From: Octopus sinensis
Taxonomy: Eukaryota
DNA: 64,000 nt
NCBI RefSeq assembly: GCF_006345805.1
Contig: NW_021832379.1
Location: 1-64,000 of the forward strand
Direction: 5' to 3'
Under the pieces are notes generated by a model. The model did no database searches. It was not told the DNA's origin and saw only the letters and a list, made by a program, of their open reading frames with translations. Position numbers and translations under genes: made by a program. This document shows, piece by piece, positions 60,701 through 64,000 of this stretch; the stretch's first letter is position 1; the number at the start of each line of letters is the position of its first letter.

Positions 60701-62890
60701 GTGCCGATGCCTCACAACAAGCACCAGTGCCGATGCCTCACAACAAGTACCAGTGCCGATGCCTCACAACAAGTACCAGTGCCGATGCCTCACAACAAGC
60801 ACCAGTGCCGATGCCTCACAACAAGCACCAGTGCCGATGCCTCACAACAAGCACCAGTGCCGATGCCTCACAACAAGTACCAGTGCCGATGCCTCACAAC
60901 AAGCACCAGTGCCGATGCCTCACAACAAGCACCAGTGCCGATGCCTCACAACAAGCACCAGTAATGTTGGCGTTAGGAAGGGCATCCAACCATAGAAACA
61001 ATGCCAAAAGGACTTTCGGAGCCTGGTACAGCTCTCTGGCCTGCCAGCTCTTGTCAAACCATTCAATCCATGCCAACATGGAAAACAACCATTAAATGAT
61101 GATGATGATGTAGCACTTCATTAGTTTTTGTGTTTTTTTGAACATTCTTCCAAATGCTCGCATTTCAAAAGCTAGTTTGTCAATTTTCATCAACATCCAT
61201 GTTTCTACACCATCAAATAGTGTGGACCATATCTAACATTTACACAACCTTTCTTGTATTTCCAAATACATATTCCTTGACATCACAGCTTTTGACATAT
61301 ATGTAACCATTAAATAATGTTAAACTACCCATTAAATACATTAAATTCCAACAAAAACCTATTAAACACAATTAGAAATGGAAACACTAAGAGAATACAG
61401 TAATAATTAGGTAACAAGATCATTGTTTTGTTGAGAAATGTCATGTTTGAAACTACTTTCTGTTGAGATTTGTCAGGTTTTTTGAGGTAAATTGACTTGC
61501 AGAAAATAGCAATTCTATTTTTTGGTAGCTATTTAACAACATTAATGGAATAACCATGAAAATTAATATCACACTGAAACAGTTAAGTAGGAAGAGAGCA
61601 AAATAAAATGATCTCAGAATGAAAAGTAGACCGTATGATGCATGTGTGCGAACTGTCATGCTACACAGCAGTGAAACATGGGCCATGACTGCTGAGGACA
61701 TGTGTAGGCTTGAAAGAAATGAAGTTAGTATGATCCGCTGTATGTGTAATGTCAGTGTGCATACTTTACAGAGTGTAAGCGCCCTGAGAGAAAAGTTGGA
61801 CATAAGAAGGATCAAATGTGATGTGCAAGAGAGACAATTGCACTGATATGGTTATGTGTTACATATGGATGAGGACAGCTGTGTGAGGAAGTGTCACTCC
61901 CTAACTCTGGAAGGAACCTGAGGAAGAGGTAGACCCAGGATGACATGGGATGAGGTGGTGAAGCATGACCTTCAAACATTGTGCCTCACAGAGGCAATGA
62001 CAGGACACCGAGACGTTTGGAGATATGCTGTGATTGAGAAGACTCGGCAACTAAAGTGAGATCACAGCCATGGCCAATGCCAGTGTTGCATGTCTGGCCC
62101 ATTTAAAAGTACACTTGATGCATTGGGTGATATATGCTTGAGAAGACCTGTTCAGTCAAGTAAAACCAAAATTGTAGCTGTGGCCAGTGCCTCTTGATTG
62201 GCTTCTGTTCCGGTGGCACATAAAATGCATTATCCAAACGTGGCCGATGCCAGTGTCCCCTGACTGGCTTCTGTGCTGGTGACACATAAAAATCACCCAC
62301 TACACTCTCAGAGTGGTTGATGTTAGAAAGGGCATACAGTTGTAGAAATATTGCCAGATCAGTTTGGAGCCTGGTGCAACTGCAGGCTCTCCAGACCTCA
62401 GTCAAGAATGGAAAATGGACATGATGTCAGAGCCAGAAGGTTTGCCATTGATGGAAATAGACCAGTGCTCCACAACCTTTTTTTTCCTTGCGGTATACTT
62501 ATATTCTTTTCAAAACTCAGCAGCATACCTGAACTAAAAATATAACTAAATATATAGGGAAAAAAATTATATTCAGGTTACACTGTGGCACACATAGCAT
62601 CATCTCACGGCACACCAATGTACCACAGCATACCAGTTATGGAGTACTGGAATAGAACACACTGCAGCATGTTTCCAGAATTCAGGACATATCTCTAGTT
62701 AGGGAAGTAGATTAAAAACCAAAGAAGATGAATAGGAGTAACATTGTTATTGCCATCTTAACTGTTCCAAAATCTTCATCTCAGCTCTCAAATTACAAAA
62801 CAAAATCAACTTACTTAAATAGCTTGTTTTTGGAGCATTATCCAATTGAATTAGTTGCCTTCGGCGACCAGGCATTCCACGACGCCCCAT
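8852..62890 (-). CDS. FNBP4: FNBP4 orthologue, spliced CDS span (16 coding exons, 1210 aa, two WW domains)
   Basis: Hand-joined GT-AG exons with matching phases give one open frame. Motifs are in the same order as in vertebrate FNBP4 as I recall it: MGRRGMPGRRRQLIQL, SLSLVCDYTGSDSE, DIDSQVASFLAEIDAL, WW1, ELALERKVNELRRLE, KMDFLEID..LQVLLVQLKTRSSDWQAGGL, WW2, poly-Pro, SSLVQKWQKVKKE. Confidence 0.92.
9942..11232 (+). mobile_element. full-length (1291 bp) mariner DD34D-type transposon, transposase inactivated
   Basis: TA TSDs and TIR (a/c)gagggg.g.tcaataa.taatgcccctgac at both ends. Transposase 10109-11159 has WILRLL (WVPxxL), DETW, QDNA and YFPDLAPSD motifs, with a frameshift near 10300, a stop at 10912-10914 and a frameshift near 10930. 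Confidence 0.93.
11340..11500 (+). mobile_element. old RTE-type LINE 3' coding fragment
   Basis: Translates WTHTVAAWYPRDQKR..RQWEDILVKQFGSRWKRMVQAR. Confidence 0.55.
11982..12712 (-). CDS. FNBP4: FNBP4 coding exon 15 (EHLHLSSS...GEPPPPGTE...KEKKRKKDK)
   Basis: Frame of track ORF 11916..12671. ttcttttag acceptor, AAG|gtaaac donor, 731 nt, phase 1 to 0. Confidence 0.88.
12770..13060 (-). mobile_element. second tRNA-SINE family (gactttgcctttaatccctttggg..ataaaatcaagtacca domain)
   Basis: Same block at 27545-27740, 34530-34720, 34790-35195, 48680-48800. The central block resembles conserved-domain (Meta-type) SINEs from memory. Confidence 0.7.
13413..13473 (-). CDS. FNBP4: FNBP4 coding exon 14 (LDKIASKSSKTGSTLDKSHL)
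   Basis: tttttgttttttag acceptor, AG|gtaagt donor, 61 nt. Supplies the phase 0 to 1 shift needed between the neighbouring exons. Confidence 0.82.
13548..13820 (-). mobile_element. RTE 3'UTR/tail-derived repeat
   Basis: Reverse complement of the 4590-4796 tail with (CAT)n start. Similar copies at 14185-14325, 20090-20220(+), 32340-32525(+), 38800-38900, 43340-43830, 43960-44115(+), 46910-47220, 48215-48400, 58870-59045(+). Confidence 0.85.
15515..15959. mobile_element. head-to-head inverted tRNA-head plus hammerhead element, copy A
   Basis: Inverted arms centred on about 15709. Flanked by the 12-bp direct repeat TGTCATTTACTC (15503-15514, 15960-15971). Each arm has A/B-box-like motifs and a CTGATGA..GAAA-type motif. 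Confidence 0.8.
15560..15605 (-). ncRNA. minimal type I hammerhead ribozyme motif (Penelope-like)
   Basis: Minus strand GACAC-CUGAUGA-a-GGCUG-gaggguauau-CAGCC-GAAA-CAUU-GUGUU. Stems I and II pair. Stem III reads ACAU instead of the palindromic ACGU. Confidence 0.65.
16754..17138 (-). CDS. FNBP4: FNBP4 coding exon 13, C-terminal half of WW2 plus Pro/Ser/Thr-rich tract
   Basis: catccag|A ACA TAC completes the Arg codon and continues TYKRYFYCNNTTGHSQWDYP. AAG|gtgagt donor, 385 nt, phase 2 to 0. Confidence 0.92.
22596..22745 (-). repeat. 150-nt intronic hairpin
   Basis: 41-bp outer arms with 2 differences plus a 12-bp inner stem with 1 difference. Confidence 0.85.
24836..25029. repeat. perfect 89-bp inverted repeat with 16-nt spacer
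   Basis: 24836-24924 is the exact reverse complement of 24941-25029. About 23 more bp match beyond a 2-3 nt mismatch. Confidence 0.95.
25311..26150 (+). mobile_element. internally deleted maT (DD37D) Tc1/mariner element
   Basis: TA|cagggtgca ... tgcaccct ends. The remnant reads QQDSASCH...WPPNSPNYRPLDY with 37 residues between the second and third catalytic Asp, and has in-frame stops. Confidence 0.82.
28350..28582. mobile_element. hAT/Charlie-like MITE
   Basis: Starts cagtggttctc, ends ...gttgagaa. The right TIR is interrupted by the next element. Confidence 0.6.
28583..28827. mobile_element. hAT-type MITE with 8-bp TSD
   Basis: GTTGAGAA|cagggctgtggagt ... actccacagccctg|GTTGAGAA. A partial reverse copy lies at about 52060-52145. 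Confidence 0.85.
29162..29230. repeat. (TG)n microsatellite
   Basis: Uninterrupted TG run. Other simple repeats at 21255-21385, 21945-21980, 22160-22250, 27420-27482, 36680-36780, 54655-54730. Confidence 0.95.
31878..32245. repeat. old fold-back element, arms about 160 bp
   Basis: gttagaacaaactatactgtg and gcttttggtgcaa..tgcat blocks are mirrored, with many mismatches. Confidence 0.75.
32600..32770 (+). mobile_element. RTE ORF fragment
   Basis: KLYDSCI / MLHGGETW / LEWNEVSLLCWMCN, homologous to 61620-61760. Confidence 0.6.
34790..35195 (-). mobile_element. two tandem copies of the second tRNA-SINE family
   Basis: Repeated cctttctact..acaag.cctga and aaggcaaagt..acctc.g..gaatttgaac blocks. 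Confidence 0.75.
37499..37632 (-). CDS. FNBP4: FNBP4 coding exon 12, N-terminal half of WW2 (TRSSDWQAGGL...APTGWSVCWDR)
   Basis: tatttgcag acceptor, AG|gtacgt donor, 134 nt, phase 0 to 2. Confidence 0.92.
38165..38388. mobile_element. piggyBac-type MITE
   Basis: TTAA|CCCATTAAGT ... ACTTAATGGG|TTAA, with two internal gtgtccta...taggaca palindromes. Confidence 0.85.
38633..38737 (-). CDS. FNBP4: FNBP4 coding exon 11 (ETVMDLNQLVMDKMDFLEIDINKPSKLQVLLVQLK)
   Basis: tttttctag acceptor, AAG|gtaaat donor, 105 nt, phase 0 to 0. Resembles the conserved pre-WW2 helix. Confidence 0.9.
38995..39590. repeat. inverted duplication, arms about 235 bp, spacer about 120 bp
   Basis: The arms include an RTE tail plus about 100 bp of non-repeat flank, and are highly similar. 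Confidence 0.9.
39594..39945 (+). mobile_element. full-length tRNA-derived SINE with CR1-like 3' tail
   Basis: atggctgtgtggtaag (A box), gttcagtgcc (B-box-like), core, (TG)n, ggtggtgctccagcatggc tail. Other head/core copies at 48985-49115(-), 53430-53580(+), 55520-55710(-), 56420-56590(-), 63190-63350(+). Confidence 0.88.
40520..41290. mobile_element. two RTE 3'UTR repeats in divergent orientation, the left one with a 66-bp tandem array
   Basis: The unit cacttgaatgg..cgtgccact..gccagtcaggcagtactggcatcgatca starts at 40801, 40867 and 40933. A plus-strand tail with (GAT)n ends at about 41288. Confidence 0.85.
41708..41772 (-). CDS. FNBP4: FNBP4 coding exon 10 (SLNYKSHSEESLKSQESNEKLK)
   Basis: ttttattccag acceptor, AAG|gtaaga donor, 65 nt, phase 1 to 0. 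Confidence 0.8.
42742..42837 (-). CDS. FNBP4: FNBP4 coding exon 9 (ESSSSKRSESSKKRSSHKD...)
   Basis: tttccttcactccag acceptor, A|gtcagt donor, 96 nt, phase 1 to 1, open. Confidence 0.75.
44135..44520 (+). mobile_element. Helitron-like 5' segment
   Basis: A|TCTCTATATATAAAACTGAAATG start followed by CpG-rich body. Confidence 0.45.
44877..45902 (-). mobile_element. non-autonomous Helitron
   Basis: On the minus strand it reads A|TCTATATATA ... cccgagcaacgccggg hairpin ... CTAG|T. It has internal tandem repeats of about 113 bp and a duplicated internal block. Confidence 0.8.
47240..47288 (+). mobile_element. Helitron-like 3' terminus
   Basis: cgcgc-gtaga-gcgtg hairpin about 10 nt before CTAG|T. 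Confidence 0.5.
47873..48071 (-). CDS. FNBP4: FNBP4 coding exon 8 (NELRRLEEEEKQ...TKEKK)
   Basis: cttattag acceptor, G|gtaggt donor, 199 nt, phase 0 to 1. Confidence 0.88.
49323..50595 (-). mobile_element. 5'-truncated CR1-clade LINE with largely open RT domain, inserted in a SINE
   Basis: QHGFVPKRSCLTNLL, DFAKAFDSVNH, SGVPQGSVLGPLLF, LFADDVKL, KDLGILVD, with a frameshift near 49830 and a short (TTGCTT)-like tail. SINE halves at 49195-49300 and 50615-50650. Confidence 0.92.
50777..51458 (-). CDS. FNBP4: FNBP4 coding exon 7 (acidic/Ser-rich, ends ELELALERKV)
   Basis: In track ORF 50732..51499. attttcag acceptor, GTG|gtaagt donor, 682 nt, phase 2 to 0. Confidence 0.9.
51560..51760 (+). mobile_element. 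RTE 3'UTR internal repeat fragment
   Basis: gtgcc.gtggcac.taaaaagcacc units as in 4490-4630. Confidence 0.7.
52250..52454 (-). CDS. FNBP4: FNBP4 coding exon 6, WW domain 1
   Basis: EWQQCHDESTQHYYYWNINSNEVTWEIP matches the WW signature W..YYY..TW..P. ttttccag acceptor, CG|gtattt donor, phase 1 to 2. Confidence 0.93.
52486..52754 (-). mobile_element. tRNA-head plus hammerhead element, copy B (right arm mostly deleted)
   Basis: Same blocks as copy A and the same terminal ctcatctc..aaatatagaac. Flanked by TGTACAGTTTAC / TGTGCAGTTTAC (52474-52485, 52755-52766). Confidence 0.78.
52527..52574 (-). ncRNA. minimal hammerhead ribozyme motif with palindromic stem III
   Basis: GGACAC-CUGAUGA-a-GGCUG-gagaguagau-CAGCU-GAAA-CGUU-GUGAUA. 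Core intact, ACGU palindrome intact, stem I only 3 bp. Confidence 0.62.
53055..53280 (-). CDS. FNBP4: FNBP4 coding exon 5 (EIDALGEDAE...EEPVVWPE)
   Basis: aatttag acceptor, G|gtaact donor, 226 nt, phase 0 to 1. Completes FLA|EIDAL. Confidence 0.88.
53592..54654. mobile_element. TA-flanked non-autonomous DNA transposon (pogo/Tc1-mariner-like)
   Basis: Imperfect TIRs of about 30 bp: TA|ccgtaaaaacctatgtaaattgcgcact ... agtgcataaattatgtggatttttacag|TA. A left-end fragment also lies at about 50680-50740. Confidence 0.65.
55960..56215 (+). mobile_element. third tRNA-SINE family (ttgctccagtccactcagctgtaaatgggtac domain)
   Basis: Reverse copies at about 9370-9480, 34300-34430 and 47440-47620. The block resembles the Deu-type SINE domain from memory. 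Confidence 0.6.
56839..57218 (-). CDS. FNBP4: FNBP4 coding exon 4 (...DIDSQVASFLA)
   Basis: Same frame as track ORF 56731..57168. tttttag acceptor, GCT|gtaagt donor, phase 1 to 0. Confidence 0.9.
58370..58465 (-). CDS. FNBP4: FNBP4 coding exon 3 (SSLSLVCDYTGSDSESEEE...)
   Basis: cttttgcag acceptor, G|gtaag donor, 96 nt, phase 1 to 1. Resembles the GLCLLGAYADSD motif. Confidence 0.9.
59333..59515. mobile_element. piggyBac-type MITE (degenerate)
   Basis: TTAA|CCCTTTAGCATT ... AATGCTAACGGG|cTAA. Related ends at about 14620, 14870, 16370 and 58255. Confidence 0.6.
59788..59847 (-). CDS. FNBP4: FNBP4 coding exon 2 (TQTGCYRPDDIFIESKNVVK)
   Basis: tttcttgttgcag acceptor, gtaagt donor, 60 nt, phase 1 to 1, open. 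No homology support. Confidence 0.65.
60250..60961 (+). repeat. 26-bp minisatellite (AGTGCCGATGCCTCACAACAAGCACC)n
   Basis: Roughly 25 near-identical units with two 25-bp variant units at about 60495 and about 60650. Runs directly into an RTE tail. Confidence 0.95.
60962..61110 (+). mobile_element. RTE tail repeat
   Basis: ttggcgttaggaagggcatcca ... catgccaacatggaaaac ... (GAT)n. Confidence 0.85.
61600..62430 (+). mobile_element. 5'-truncated RTE LINE
   Basis: RPYDACVRTVMLHSSETWAM..LERNEVSMIRCMC..EDSCVRKC..GRGRPRMTWDEVVKHDL with stops, followed by the 3'UTR and tail. Confidence 0.88.
62462..62650. mobile_element. hAT-like MITE
   Basis: ccagtgctccacaac ... gttatggagtactgg imperfect TIR. TSD is weak. 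Confidence 0.5.
62815..62890 (-). CDS. FNBP4: FNBP4 coding exon 1 (MGRRGMPGRRRQLIQLDNAPKTSYL)
   Basis: ATG at 62890-62888. Acceptor ttttatttcag ends at 62905, so the exon spans 62815-62904. Donor A|gtaagt, phase 1. Confidence 0.85.
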
Positions 62891-63097
62891 GTTTTCAAAA
62901 TTTTCTGAAATAAAACATAAAATTTTAGAAACTTTGAAAGGCAGGCAATAAATTGTTTTTAATGGTGGAACTGCAAGTGGATAAAGCTATAAATAACAGC
63001 TTGTGAGTATTGTGTTAAAAAGTCTTTAGGATGGAAACAGTCAAATTAATTCACTGGTAAGAACAATGCTTCTAAAATTGACAAAGAAGTTCAGAGG

Positions 63098-63167
63098 ATT
63101 GTTTTGGTCCAATGGTAAAACATCTGTCATGTTTACAGAAGATGGAGATTCAAGTCCCACTGGCAAC
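63098..63167 (+). pseudogene. degenerate tRNA-like sequence
   Basis: A box TGGTCCAATGG, TCTGT/ACAGA stem with a 7-nt loop CATGTTT, B-box-like GATTCAAGTCC. The acceptor stem is broken. Confidence 0.4.
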
Positions 63168-63371
63168 ATTTGACTTTTCCTACCCAAATGGAATCGCTGT
63201 GTGGTAAGAGGTTTGCTTCTCAACAACATGGTTCTGGATTCAGTCCCATCGTGTAACACCTTTGGACAAGTGTCTTCTACTTTGCCTTGAGTCAACCAAA
63301 GCCTTTTGAGTGGATTTAGTAGAGGGAAACTGAAAATGGCTCGTCATACAGATATATATATTGTTACAAAC

Positions 63372-63403
63372 CTGCCGTCACTCAACTCGAACTCGGGACC
63401 CAA
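63372..63403 (-). other. candidate 32-nt non-coding 5'UTR exon of FNBP4
   Basis: tttttctttatgttttag acceptor and CAG|gtttgt donor around a GC/CpG-rich 32-mer. The ATG exon has its own acceptor, so upstream exon(s) must exist. Confidence 0.4.
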
Positions 63404-63721
63404 CTAAAACATAAAGAAAAATATATCTGTTGTGTTAGATCACTTTTAACAGTTGAACTCAGTAGATAAAGCTATAAATAATAGCATTTAAGTATTTGAT
63501 TTAAAAAGAAACACCTGTTATCTCTTATTTGTTTGTCTGATTGTGGTCATGCTGGGGCATTGCCTTGAAAAATTTTACTCAAACCATTCCCAGATCTTTT
63601 CTTATTTATTTAAAAAAAATTTTAAAGCCTTATTCTGTTTCTTTTGCTGATCTCCCATGTTATGGGGATGTAAACACACCAGCACTGGATGTCAAGCAGT
63701 GTTGGGAGATACACGTGCACA

Positions 63722-64000
63722 CACGGTGCAATGGGTAAATTGTCGCCATTTTATATTTCTAATTTCGCGCATGTGCATTGTTTTTGATTTTGTCGACTAC
63801 TCAGTATGGTAGGGTCAGTTGGGTACTGTCTGAGAAAAACAGCACCATGACACAATTCACTCTGCCAGAAATTTGAAAATAACATACTGTACTGCTTGGC
63901 ATTCATGCTGGAAGCTCTGAAATGAACATTTAAGATTGTTTGGGTGTCAATCTGAGGACATGTACCAATTGTGATAAAAATCAAACATCCAGTCAACATC
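63722..64000 (+). mobile_element. second copy of the maT element, left end (runs off the window)
   Basis: Colinear with 25311-25570, including the same internal deletion junction region. Confidence 0.85.

Noticed and set aside
60274-60995. Repetitive ORFs, or a CRISPR-like array
   Set aside because: Contiguous 26-bp tandem units with no unique spacers, in a eukaryotic context. The 26-aa period is just three units.

Overview
AT-rich animal genomic DNA, saturated with microsatellites and transposons. The repeat families look like those of Octopus or another coleoid cephalopod (inference, no database search). One host gene runs on the minus strand across almost the whole window: an FNBP4 (formin-binding protein 4, two WW domains) orthologue. 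I reconstructed 16 coding exons by hand (ATG at 62890, TGA at 8852-8854, 3633 nt, 1210 aa). All junctions are GT-AG and phase-consistent. There is also a 3'UTR exon near 5.3-5.9 kb and a probable 5'UTR micro-exon. A 20.4-kb intron splits the second WW domain. Introns and the 3' flank contain CR1-clade and RTE LINE relics, several tRNA-derived SINE families, a full-length decayed mariner, maT (DD37D), piggyBac, hAT and pogo-like derivatives, and Helitrons. The most interesting signal is a small element present twice (15.5-16.0 kb and 52.5-52.8 kb). It joins a tRNA-like Pol III head to a minimal Penelope-type hammerhead ribozyme, is arranged as a head-to-head inverted structure, and has 12-bp target-site duplications. 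Also notable are several long intronic hairpins and a possible splicing-control region (read-through, branch-point-like cluster, candidate poison exons) at the WW2-splitting intron. No CRISPR, rRNA or intact tRNA was seen. Most ORFs in the supplied track are repeat artefacts. Repeat boundaries are approximate unless TSDs or TIRs are quoted.
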